Shown: positions 1-12,429 of the stretch, piece by piece
Layout of the letters: each line of letters starts with the position of its first letter
How positions within the stretch are numbered: the stretch's first letter is position 1
DNA from: Octopus vulgaris
Lineage: Eukaryota
NCBI GenBank assembly: GCA_951406725.2
Contig: OX597827.1
Span: 30,504,001 to 30,568,000, forward strand
Length of the DNA: 64,000 nucleotides
Direction of reading: 5' to 3'
Notes under the pieces: model-generated
The model's database searches: none
What the model saw: only the letters and a program-made list of their open reading frames with translations
Told to the model about the DNA's origin: nothing
Program-made: the position numbers and the translations under genes

Positions 1-226
1 AGCCCTTTATATTTTGAGTTCAAATTCCACTCAACTTTGCTTTTCACTGTTTCAAGGAGTCAATGAAATAAAGCTATAGAAAAGTATAGGGGGCAATTTA
101 ATGGACTATAATTGAATAGACTATTCCCCAAATTCAAAGTCTTTATTAAAGAATCACTATTATATATGAACAACTATTTACATTTATTTATTTTTTTTGT
201 TTTTGTTTTTCTTTCTCCCTTTTCAG

Positions 227-271
227 AGTGGCCGAACAGCATATGAGATGGCTGTTTCCCTTGAAAAAAGA
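227..271 (+). CDS. Internal exon of a probable ankyrin-repeat gene (SGRTAYEMAVSLEKR)
   Basis: Long polypyrimidine tract + TTTCAG acceptor, GTGAGT donor, 45 nt open; G-x-T-A-x-x-x-A resembles an ankyrin repeat. Confidence 0.55.
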
Positions 272-1260
272 GTGAGTAGCTTCACCATTGAAGTTAATTC
301 TTTATCTCTTCCTCTAACTTTGTCACATCTGTCTTCTTTTACTTCTACTAGCCCTATTCTGATCTAATTAAGCAGCTCCTAAAATATGAATTTTTTGGAA
401 CCAGGAAGAATTAAAGGCCAAGTTGACCTCAATGGGATTTGAACTCATAGCATGAAAAACTGGAATATTATTGCCAGGCATTTTGTTAGATGTTTTAATG
501 ATCTTACCAATCCACTGTGTGATTAGGTAGGTAGGTACATAGGTAGGTTGGTAGGAAGGTAGGTAGCTAGGTAGGTAGATAAGTAGTTAGGTATGTAGAC
601 AAGTGGCTAATACATAGACAGATGACGGCCTGGCAGGAACATCACTTTGACAAGACATGGTTCTTCTATCCACAAGCACAAAGATTATTATTGTGACTGA
701 TTTTACTGTGCTTTGGGAGGACAGACATTTCTCAGCAACTGAAGAAATTCTAACACCAGGACTTTGTTGATGAAGCAATTGTCAAAGGATGGCATTCAGC
801 CTCAGTCCCCACTGAAGTCAGCTGCCATGGGTTTCCAGCAAGATCAGCGCACTGTTTCATGCAGAAGATTGGTTTGGAACTCAAACGTCAGAAGAAAGCC
901 TCAGAGGAGATAATCTTGGCAGCAGAGATCACCTCAATGTGGTTGAAGTTGAGAAAAGACTGCAGATAGGGCCCTTCTGTAGGTAAAAACTAGTTCAGCC
1001 TTCATTACCTCCACTCAGGAGATGTATACAGAATAAGGGGTGAAACATTTGTGACCCTGAGATACCTGCTGAAGGTACAGAAGGGTTTCAAACAATATGA
1101 TAGCTTTAATCATTGTCAACAAAAGGACTTGCAGCCTCTTTAAGTTGCTCCTGAAATTTCTACTTAGGGAAAATTATCTCTGATCTATATATTCATCATC
1201 GTTGTCACCATCATCATTATCAGCATTGCCACCATCATCATCACCACCACCATCCATCAC

Positions 1261-1292
<32 letters not shown>

Positions 1293-2260
1293 ATTATTGT
1301 TTTAACATTTACTTTTCCATGCTTGCATGGATCAGATAAGAGTACATTGTGGTAGAGTTTTTCTATGAACAGATGCCCTTCCTGTTGCAATTCCCCCTTT
1401 GTTTTCAAGCAGGATGAGAATCACTCAGTCCATCAAACAACAGACAGCCCGGACACAATCTCTTGGTGGACTGCAAGCCAATGACACTGTCAGGAAGTCA
1501 TTGTTTACAAACACGAGGGAAATATGAAGTCACTTATACAAACACAATCACATACACACACACACATGTATAACAAGCTTCTTCAGCTGCCATTTACCAA
1601 GATCTATACTCAAGGCTTTAGTCAACCCATGGTCATCTGTAGAAGACACTAGCCAAAGGTTCCATTGCAACTTCTTGACCACACAGTCATACAGGTGTAT
1701 CGAAAGCAAATACAGCAGGGCCTCATATGTAATGTAGTGTGCTGAAAAACTTTGACTAACTGATACTATGAAATTAGTAGACAATAGATATGTGAGACCT
1801 TACCACATTTATATTTTCACTTAGTGCTCTTCTATTTCTGTCTCACATTCACATTGTACTTGCACCCCACTCTTCTCTCTCTTTCTCTTCTTCACTTCCA
1901 GGTCAGCAAGCCATGTATTCACCTCTTTGGCAAGACCCCTGTTACTCTCCCTCTGTCATATGTTATTTCTCCAGTCTAGATCCTGCTCAGTTGAAGGCAT
2001 TTGGCAATCTCACTGGTGCTGGTGCCATGTAAAAAAGCACCCAGTACACTCTGTTAAGTAGTTGGCATTAGGAAGGGTGTCCAGCCATAGAAAACCATGT
2101 CAAAGTTGACATAAAATGTAGCAGAGCTCTCTGGCCCGTCTCTTCTTGTTGAAGTATCCAATTCATGCCAACACGAAAACAGGGAAGTGAATTGAAGATG
2201 ATGAAGATATGTATAGCATTCTCCTGAGGTTCTTTCTCAGTTATAATGTTTTATATCCAA

Positions 2261-2638
2261 CTAGCAGTATTGCCCGGCATTGCTTGGGTTTGTAAGGGAA
2301 ATAACTATATAAGCATTTTTAGAAAGTTATAGCCAAAAAATGCATTAAAAATGGAAAAAAAATGATGGTAAATTTTTATAAAAATCGTTGACTCATCGTA
2401 GACATTTTTAGAGAGTTACTTCCCTTATATAATAGCGAAAAAATGCATTAAAATGGAAAAAAATTATGGTAAATTTTTGTTTAAATCGTAGACTCATCGT
2501 AGACACGCGCTAATACCCAGAAGGGCTCGATATGAATCACGACTATAAGTTTGGTTAAACTGCACCGCAAAATGTGGGAGTAGTTAGGAATCTAAATCAT
2601 AGGAGACAGACACACAACTTCACTTTTATATATAAAGA
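2261..2638 (-). mobile_element. Non-autonomous Helitron-type element
   Basis: Minus strand A|TC...CTAG|T termini, GC-rich subterminal hairpin-like stretch, internal tandem duplication. Confidence 0.75.
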
Positions 2639-4023
2639 TGAGACAAAACTAAATCAGTTAGGTGCCTTGTTCAGAGGGCACAACACAATAGTTGTAGTAA
2701 TGACCATGACTATGTGGCTAACATTTTAATATTTTAACTTCATAGCCTGATATTGTGCCCAACAGTTAGCAGTGGAAATGTCATTTTATGTCTGCTTTCC
2801 ATGCTGCCATGGGTCAGAAGATTTTTTACAGTCTGAGTCAATAGTTATTTGAGGTTATTGCTTTCCTAGGCAGGTAAAAGGACTATTGTTGTTGGATTGA
2901 CAAAATCCTTAGAGCATCAGACAAAATGCTTTGCAGTATTTAGTTACAGCCCTTCACATTCTAAGTTCAAATCCCACTTAGTAATTACTTTGCTCTCCTT
3001 CCTTCCAAGATCAGTAAAATAAAGAATCAGTCAAATACTGTGGTTTATTTAACTGATTGTTCCCTCCTCCAAAATGTGTGATATTAAATCAGTGTTAGAA
3101 ATCAATACATAAAGATGTTTGGACATGTATTTTAAGGCCTGTGTATATTTGAATGGACAGCAGCAACTGGCTAGTACTCATCACATATATGGTGGTCTTT
3201 CATTGCAATATGATTGAATCCCGTTATCCAGCCAATTTCATGATAATTTATTGAAAAATGTTACTAATATCTATAAGACAGCTATTTGAACTTAGCATGG
3301 CATGTTAGCAAAATCAAATTGTTGATGTTCAACACTTAATTAGTTCAACACTTAATAACAGCAAAGATGTCTACGTATACATATCTATTTACTTTTAGGT
3401 AGGCTGCTGCAGTAAGAACTGAGTGTTTTGAGCATGAACATCAAGCAACTAATTGAGAGGCTGGCAGTTCATATCCTATCACAGGCAAAGTGTTATATTT
3501 TCAATCAAGGCACTTAACTTACAAATGATTCGGTCTGTCATTTTTTTTTTCCATCTTTTAATTAGGTGATAATGCAGTACTCATAACTAGTTACAAGGTC
3601 ATTGAGAAGGAAGGAGAAACACATCTTCAAATTGAAAATCTGGCCTAAAAGCTTTCAAAACCACTAAAGACATTTAAAGTGCCAGGTGGTGCTGTTAAAC
3701 TGGGCACGTAGGCCATGGTAGGATTTGAACTCAGAATGCAAAGACCTGGAACAAACACTGCAAAGTATCTGGTCCAACATTCTTACTGTTCTACCAATCC
3801 ACCACTTTGGACTCTAACATTTTTATTGACCCCAAAAGAGTTGGAAAGTGATCTTGCTAACTTCTTAACTAGACAGCAAAGCTTGTCTCTTGTGAGTGAA
3901 ACTAGATAGACAGAGATTCTGAATTACAGGTGCACACGAAACAGTTAACCTTGTCTGGCTCTGACTTACTGAGTCTGCCTGCAGATTACTGTGTTACGGA
4001 ATACTCAACTATTTTCACTATAG

Positions 4024-4368
4024 AGTTCTATATTTAAGAGATGAGGAATTATGTACATTATTTATATTATTTACATTTGAACCAGTATTAAGGAAGGATA
4101 GGAGAATATTAGATTTATAAGCCCTAAAATTCACTCCATAATTGCCCATGAACATATGGCATAGTGGTTAAGAGTACAGGCTACTAACCCCAAGATTCTG
4201 AGTTCGATTCCAGGCAGTGACCTGAATAATAATAATGATAACATCAAAAAATACCACATTTGAAATTTCCCCAAAACACCTGATGAAGGCTGGAGAGTAT
4301 ATTAGCCAAACCATTGTGTCAACAACAAACAAGATGAGGACAAATATCCATCAAATGTAAATAATGTA
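4024..4368 (+). mobile_element. tRNA-headed short element with a degenerate hammerhead-like motif and inverted terminal duplication
   Basis: A box TGGCATAGTGG and B box GAGTTCGATTC (about 4157-4210); CTGATGA-A-GGCT...AGCC-AAA at 4280-4310; TATTTACATTTGA (to 4080) inverted against TCAAATGTAAATA (from 4351). Confidence 0.6.
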
Positions 4369-5271
4369 TTTTCACTGTAACTGAGCAAGTAGGTACTTCC
4401 ATTGAGAAAACAAGTGAAATATTCACCTTGAAAGTGATATAAAATCCATATCATCATCATCTAATGTCTACTTTTCAATGCTTGCATAGGTTGGACAGAG
4501 TAGATTTTCTAGAGCTGTGCTCTTCCTGTCACCAACCATTACTTTTTCCAAGAAAACTAATATTTCCCCATTGTCAGACATATTTTCACAGAATATTGGA
4601 AATGAATGACCCTGTGTGTTTGACAGTGAGATTCATCTACAACTATCGAGATATCAAGACAAAGCAACACAAACACACACACATGGGCTTCTTTCAGTTT
4701 CAATCTAGCAAATCCATTCACACAAGGCTTTGATTGGCCTTGGGTTGCTCATGGTGTCACACATTGTGACTGAATCTGTGATCATGTGGTTGGGAAGCAA
4801 ATTTCTTAATCACACTGCTGTGTCTAATATAAGTTTCCAACGTTGGCACAATGCAGCAGATTATAAGAAGAGCACAGTGAGTTGAATTGATCTCTAATAG
4901 CATTGCTATTATTTAGTACCAGGTCAGCCCAGATTGAGCAAATGCCCAATGAAAGACATTTCAGTTGTAACTAGCACAACATTCCTAAATTCACATTATC
5001 AATATGTCTTTGTCTTTTAAGATGGCAGAGTATGCTTTTAGAAGGAATTTGGCTGGTATTTTTAGCATATTGAGCAACCACTTACAGACTACACCTTATT
5101 GATTCAGGAGTCCTCAGAATATGTTGATAAATATTTATGCCCTTTATTAAATGACTTCTTTTCTTACCTTCACAGACTTCTAATAGTTTCCTCTGATTCT
5201 AGTTTTATTTCATGTTCATTTGTTAGTATTTGTTTGGTTTAGATGACATGTTTTTCATCTTTATTTGCCAG

Positions 5272-5334
5272 GCAATACAAAAGATAATGAACCCACATGA
5301 TTCAGTAGAAGCAAAGAGAGATAGCTTTTCATAA
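5272..5334 (+). CDS. Candidate last coding exon of the same plus-strand gene (AIQKIMNPHDSVEAKRDSFS*)
   Basis: Pyrimidine-rich CCAG acceptor, phase 0 compatible with exon 227-271; GTATGT donor at 5349, 14 nt after the stop. Confidence 0.3.
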   Translation, partial: AIQKIMNPHDSVEAKRDSFS

Positions 5335-5394
5335 CCTACAGAAACTAGGTATGTGTCTGATATTTGTATACCTACTAACACCTTTTATTTCCCT

Positions 5395-6045
5395 CATCAC
5401 ATCTATGTTTAACATCCAATTTCCATGGCATGGGGTGGACGGTTTGACCGAGGACTGGCAAGCCAGAAGGCTGCACCAGGCTCCTATCTGATTTGGCAAA
5501 GTTTCTACAGCTGGATGCCCTTCCTAACGTCAACCACTCTGAGAGTGTAGTGGGTGCTTTTATGTGCCACCCGCACGAGAGCCAGTTAGGCAGTTCTGGC
5601 AACAGCTACACTCAAAAGGTGTTTTTTATGTGCTACCTGCACGGGAGCCAATCTGTGGCCCTGGCAACAATCATGCTTGGATGTGCTTTTAACGTTCCAC
5701 TGGCACGAGTGCCAATCAGGCAGTACTGTCATCAGCCACGTCAGTGATTTTGATTTTGATTTCACTTGCCTCAGTAGGTCTTCGCAAGTAAATTTTATTG
5801 TCCAATGAGTGAGGGGTACACATAAGTGGGCTGGTAACACCCCACGCTCAGATGTGCTTTTAACGTTCAACTGGCACAAGTGCCAATTAGGCAGTACTGT
5901 CATCGGCCATGTCAGCAAGTTTGATTTTGATTTTGATTTCACTTGCATAGGCCACAGGCTATGGTCTTACCTGGCTTGTCAGGTCTTCTCAAGCACAATA
6001 TCTCCAAAGGTCTCAGTCACTTGTCATTGCCTCGGTAAGGCCCAA
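5395..6045 (-). mobile_element. RTE-3'UTR-derived non-autonomous element (representative copy)
   Basis: Reverse complement shares GAAGGGCATCCAGCTGTAGAAAC...CCCATGC...GATG with the LINE 3' end; similar copies near 2030, 15150, 25505, 54811(-), 56360(-). Confidence 0.75.
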
Positions 6046-6096
6046 ATATTGTAAAATTTTAAATTTTACAATCTTAAGGCAGAAATATATATATGT

Positions 6097-6713
6097 CACT
6101 AAAGTGAGTAAAGGGCACTAGTCAGCACCAGTATTGCTAGAAATAAGAGTCAAAACACCTCAATAGCTACAGAATCATTATCTTAATGAACTAACAAAGG
6201 AGACAAACTTCCTATGGTTACAGATACAGCCAGATCATTGATAATTTCGCATTTTGATGCTTAATGCATCTTAATGTTCATCAGTGGCTTTCACTGTGCC
6301 TAGGGTTAAATTCATCTGCGACCATAGGGAGCTTGATTAGTGCTTTATATATGTTACTTTGGTGACATATATATTTCTGCCTTTAGGTTGTAAAATTGCA
6401 AATTAGCCACCCAGATTATTCATAATTTTCACTTTTGCCCTGTATGAAATCAGAGTGTGATTTCAATGGAAATCTTATAAGCTGATAAGGTGAGATGAGT
6501 TTAACCCTAGGTGCAATGAGAGCCACTGATGAGCATTAAGATGTGTTAAACATCAAAATGTGAAATCATCGGTGATCTGGTTATATCTGCAACTGTAGAG
6601 AGCGTGTTTCCCTTGTCAATTCATTAAGTTAATGCTTCTGTGGCTATTGAGTTCTTTTGACTCTTATTTCTAGCAATATTGGTGCTGATTAGTACCCTTT
6701 GTTCACTTTACTG
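6097..6713. mobile_element. Foldback MITE with about 220-bp imperfect inverted arms
   Basis: 6097-6317 is the reverse complement of about 6494-6713 (e.g. TGCTAGAAATAAGAGTCAAAA / TTTTGACTCTTATTTCTAGCA). Confidence 0.85.
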
Positions 6714-6740
6714 ATGTATATATATGTGTGTGTGTGTGTG

Positions 6741-7241
6741 TGGTCAGCCTGTAATGATATGCATAAGATCAGGTCATCAAATCTAAGTAGAGACTTCAAA
6801 CTTAAAATCTTCAAAGCCACAGTCGAACCAATTCTACTATATGGCTCAGAAACCTGGACGTTATCAAAGAAGCTTGAGAGGCGGTTGGATGGAACCTATA
6901 CTCGCCTCCTTATGAGAGCTCAAAATCTCTTGTGGAAGCGTCATCCAACCAAAATGCAAATATATGGGAAACTACCACCTGTGTCATCTCTTGTGAAAGG
7001 TAGGAGAGTCCAGTTTGATGGACATTGTTGTAGAGCTGAAAACGAGCAATTTCTACTCTTCTCCTCTAGAAGCCATCTACTCATGATACCTGAGGGCGCA
7101 CACTCTCCTACCCTGATGTAATCTCCAGGGATACAGGCATCTAGCAACAGGACCTCCGTAATGCTATGATGGACCGTGAAGTCTGGCGTAGCATGGTAAA
7201 TTCCATTGTCTCGACCACGGTCGAACAATGATGATGATGAT
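6741..7241 (+). mobile_element. 3' fragment of a second RTE/RTEX-type LINE
   Basis: KATVEPILLYGSETWTL...RLDGTYTRLL; (GAT)n tail at about 7228. Confidence 0.8.
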
Positions 7242-7430
7242 GTGTGTGTGTATGTGTGTGCATGTGTGTAGTTGAAATTTATAGAAAAGCAAAAGACAAA
7301 GGCAGGTGTATGAACAAGCAGGTATATTAGTTTGATGCTCGGGAAAGTGAAAAAGTCTTTTACATTTCAAGCCTACACTCTTCAACAGAAAAGAATAAGA
7401 GAAAATAAACAGAGAGAATAAAAAAAAACT

Positions 7431-8648
7431 TTGGGTTGGGAAGAAGGTAATTTCAGTTTTTTTGTGTGAAATAAAAGTCATTTTTTTTCATACAAAGAAT
7501 GAACTTTAATCTGTTATATATTTTCCATTTTGTTTGATGACCTTTTGCCATCTTTCTGGCAACTTCATGGTTACAAGCTCATAGAACTTCTGGTCCTTAT
7601 CAGCCAAAAACTGAAGCAAGTGTGATTTCAGATCATCATAGTTATTGAAAGTTTTACCATTCAAAGAATTTTGCAAACTTTGAAATAAATAATAATCTGA
7701 TTTTGCAAGGTCAGGGTTATATGGTGGATGTGACATCACTTTCTAACCAAGCTCCAATAATTTTTCATGAGTTAGCAAAGATGTGTGTGGTCAAGCATTG
7801 TCATGGTGGAACGTGATTCCTTTATGATTTGCCAATCCTGGCTGTTTTTCTTTGATTGCTTCCTCCAGTTTCATTAGTTGTTGACAGTAAGCATCTGCAT
7901 TGATCGTTTGGTTCCTTGGAAGCAGCTCAAAATACACAACAGCTTTGAATTCCACCAAATTGACAGCATGACCTTTATTGATGCATTTCAGCTTTCAATA
8001 TGGTTTGTGTTGGTTCATTATGCTTGGACAATGATTGTTATTGTAGACAATCCATTTTTCATCACCACTGTTGATTTGTTTCACAAAAAGTTAGATTTCA
8101 TCATGTTTGACATGCTTATTGAAAATTTTGATTCATTGTGTTAAGTGAATCTCTTTCAATTTATGTGGAATCCAAATATCGAGCTTCTTAATGAGTCCAA
8201 GACATTTTGAGTGATCTTCAATTTAATTTCTCTGCAATCTCTCAGGTGGTTATTTGACAATCAGATTCAATTATGGCTTTGATTTGGTCATCATCAACTC
8301 CAGTAGGTCAACCAGAATGTTGGTCATCTTTGAGTTAAAAATTTCCAAAACGGAATTTTTTAAACCATTTCTGACATGTGCGTTCTGTTGAGCAATCAAC
8401 ACCATAAACTTCACATATCTCTTTGTGAGCCTCAGCAGCTTTCTTGCCTTTATGGAGATAAAAAAAAAAATACATGTTTGTTTTTGCACTCCATGTTAAA
8501 ATTGACACTGAACTAACAGCTTCTAAACTAAACTAAAAGTGACGGTTATCAAATGTCAAAAGGAAAAAAATCATAACATTGACAAAAGGCATTCCCAAAA
8601 ATCGTAACTCAATCTATTTGTGAAAAACGAAATTACGTTCTTGTTAAC

Positions 8649-8652
<4 letters not shown>
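7431..8652 (-). mobile_element. Decayed full-length mariner transposon
   Basis: Imperfect TIRs TTGGGTT...GTAATTTC at both ends; HPPYNPDLAKSDYYLF (YSPDLAP-D motif); (TA)n at the right flank. Confidence 0.88.
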
Positions 8653-8701
<49 letters not shown>

Positions 8702-8708
<7 letters not shown>

Positions 8709-9960
8709 TAGGGAATAAATCCAAACTTACAGGGAAAAATCAGATTTAGGATTAAATCCAATTTTATAGTATAAATATATTATATTATATTATAATAAAT
8801 TAGAGATAAAACCACTATTAGGCAAATAAAACAATGAAAAACATAAGCCAATACATAAAATTAATTTAATTTATATTATTTTTAAAATATATCAAAAATA
8901 TTAAAAGTTTAATAAAAGATAATGAGTAAAACACTACGATCGTTTCATGGCTGTACAATTCGAATAACAATAATTTGAATTCAATTAATAATTCGAGTTA
9001 TGGTTACAGTCAATTTTCAGGTTAATTGAAATATCTAAAGAATAATCAGAAATATTTAAACAATATTTTTAAGATATAAATAATATAATAATTTTACTTA
9101 TAATAAACTCTATTATCAAACTAGAAACATAACTTAACAATTATGATTATATCAAAATCAACTATAATGTTAAATATTAATTTTAATTTATAAGGTAGGA
9201 AACCCACCAATAATCTAATATCGGTATTAATCTATATCTAATTACATAAATATTTTAAATGACTATTATATATAAATTATCAATGAAAATATATAAATGT
9301 ATATAAATATTATAATTAAGATCTAAAATAATCTCTGAATAAATATATATGCACATATAATAAAAACCTAATAAATTAATTTTTCATATTTAAAGATGAA
9401 ATAGCTAATTTCAAAATACAAATAAACAAATTTAAACGAACTTTCGGAAATCTTATGTAAAATACTTATAGAAATAATCAATTCGTAGTAATATAGTATC
9501 AAATAAATACTATAAATACTATGAATATAATTATCAATGGGAATAACTAGCGAATATCAATTTAAAAAAACAATAACTAAGTTATGCTATTAAATTAAAC
9601 ATGGCCTGGACCAATCTTTAGTCGAAACATATCTAAGTTTATCAAAGTTTATCTAATTTAATTATAAGAAATTTAAAACTACAATTAATACTATTAAAAC
9701 ATGTATATACAAAAGCCTAGCTTTATACAACTCGTATACTTGTTATCAAACAACAAATCTATCGCTAAGTAGTATTTTACGAATAAACTTAAATTTAATA
9801 TCTAATAATATAGAAAATTACGATAATTAGATCATTACATAAACAACGATATTTACATAAGGAAAATATTATTACACCAAAGACTTATACAATATTAAAA
9901 TTTACAATTTGAAGATCTTAAATATAAATAAATACTTATCTTAGCGAGGTTTAGTAATGA
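8702..9960. repeat. Extremely AT-rich unclassified element between two (TA)n tracts
   Basis: Abrupt compositional shift; no ORF; weak hammerhead-like motif on the minus strand at about 8933-9024. Confidence 0.45.
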
Positions 9961-12429
9961 ACAATTTTCAGTGATTGCCCTTAACACTTGTATATATATA
10001 TATATATATACACTAGCTTAAAAGTCACACTCTGTGCAGACTTTTGAGCTAGTTCCTGCAGAGAGCTAACAGGGCCTACAGCCCAAAACTAAAGAGGGAA
10101 ATAATAATAAAACATTTATTGGTATCCTGTGATTTCAGATTTATCACACAGGTTATAACATTTGGAAAACTTTGTATCACCATGACATTTGGAGATCACT
10201 GTAAAGATAAACCATATTCTTGGTTTTACCATTTTGTGCAAGTATGAAGAGATTGTTGCCATTTCCAACTCTGGAACAACCATCATAGAGCTGACCATGG
10301 GAAAAACACTGCTGCATGAGGTGCAATCCAACAATTTTCAGTGATTGCCCTTAACACTTGTTAATTGACATTGCAAAACTAGCTATTACTGGAAACTGAA
10401 GTCTCTTGAATTTAAAGGGCATGTTGGCTGGAATCAGTGGAATTCTTGGAATAAACAACATTTCCTCCCTTTCCTTGTCCAGTGAGAATTGTTACTTCCA
10501 AAAGATGTGGATGCATATGCCTGACAATTAGTCTTGTTCCATTGCATAGCTTTGGTGGATCCAGATTTCTCAAAGCATGATTGGATCTGCTTCCTTCAAT
10601 GTCATTCCAGAAAAATCCAAACTCAGTTATTATAATAGAAGATGTATATATATATATATATTATATATATTGTGGTTTTGTGTCTGTTTGTTCCCCACCA
10701 CTGCTTGATAACTGGTGTTGGTGTGTTTATGTTCATATAACTTAGCAATTCGGTAAAAGAGACCAATAGAAAAAAGTACCAGGCATAAAAAAGAAACAAC
10801 TGGTGTTGATTTGCTTGATTAAAATTCTTCAAGGCAGTGCTCCAGCATGATCAGTCTGATGACAGAAAAAGATAGAACAAACTCACTCAGATTACATAAA
10901 TTCAAAGAATTAGACATGGGAAGGTTTGGCATTACAAGGCTGACAACTGTTTCTGGGTGCTCGGAATTACTTAATTGTTGTTAGATGTAGTTCATCAATA
11001 ATTTGTAGGCAGAAGTGGAAGCAAAGAAACATTGGCAAAATCCAGAGCCTCCTTCAGCAGGATGGATAGATAGACTCTTATCTAACCATCCTGTTGAAGG
11101 AGGCTGTGGCTGCAAGTTGTTAATCCCATTATTCTATAATCTCTTCTTCAAGAATATTATTTTGTAGAATAACTGTAGACTACTTCAGCACAATACAAAC
11201 AGAACAAGCCAAAGCTGTGACAGCTGCTATTCTTGAAACACTGTGTCTTTTGAGTAACCAACTATGATATACAACTATGGTGTATATCAGGCCACTACAA
11301 TTGAAAAAAAATCATTTATACTGTGTCTTACATTAGCTTAATTTAAGAGTCAATTGTATCACAACATGCATTCCTTCAAACTCATGTCACAAAGAATGTA
11401 CCATGTTGTTGGAAGCACATCCATCGTCAAAAGTATGAGGTGAGACTATCAACATCATGTGGTCAATTTTGGACAGATTCATTCCAGTCATTAATAATTC
11501 AAAAGAATGCATTAAATGTTTGTCTGAAAAGTATATTGTAAACTATGCAACAGTAATAATATAGATGCACAGAGCTAATGTTGACCTGCAGATGTAGTAT
11601 GAAAATTTTGTTATCTCTTTTCAGGGCAACACTAAACATTAATGATATTGGACATCATATGTTGCAAACTTGTATTTGTGAGGCCAACATTGATGAAAGT
11701 CCAGCAAAGAATTTTTGCCCAAATTCCAGGATACAAGTTAGGAACTATAGCATGGACATTACTAAAGACACTAATGTAAATACATTATATACTCTACTCT
11801 AAAAGAATCTATGTAAGTGCATGTTGAGTGTATTTGTTGTTTTGCATAACATCTAACACTACTGTTTGCAACACATATGCATGCACATGAACATGCATGC
11901 ATATGCACACACACACACATATGACTGAAATTAGTTCACAAATTATATCATATATATATATAAATGTATACAAACATCCCCATAATACAGAATGCTCTTG
12001 TTCTGCACTTATAGGAATTATAAAGCATGACCACTAACTTTTGGGGTATGGCCTGTGTTATTCCACCCTTACAGAAACTCAGGTAAGCCGTAACAATTTT
12101 GAAAACTAAAATCACAATCCATATATATGTATAAAAACAATTTTTTATAGAAACAATGAATATTTAGTGTGACAGTGTAAAGTGTTCAACTACTCTGCTT
12201 TTCATTTTTCTGCTGCCATTCGTTGTACATTTTACAGTCTAGTAATGGTAATTCTTTAAATTTATTTGTACAGTTGTTTCCCAGAGACCACTCATAAAGT
12301 GAAAATTCATTAAGCAGAGAAATAATTTCCCATAGTAGTAACATAATAAATTGTAATTCATTCCCAGAAAAATATTTTACCTATAAAATTTTTAATACTC
12401 ATAAGTAAATGGCAATAAAACAACAGTCA

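Noticed and set aside
3399-3484. Possible extra exon of the plus-strand gene (LSVLSMNIKQLIERL...)
   Set aside because: No acceptor places that frame in phase with exon 227-271 without a stop; donor would be non-canonical
8702-9960. Mitochondrial insertion (NUMT)
   Set aside because: No mitochondrial gene or tRNA recognisable by eye; cannot be fully excluded without BLAST
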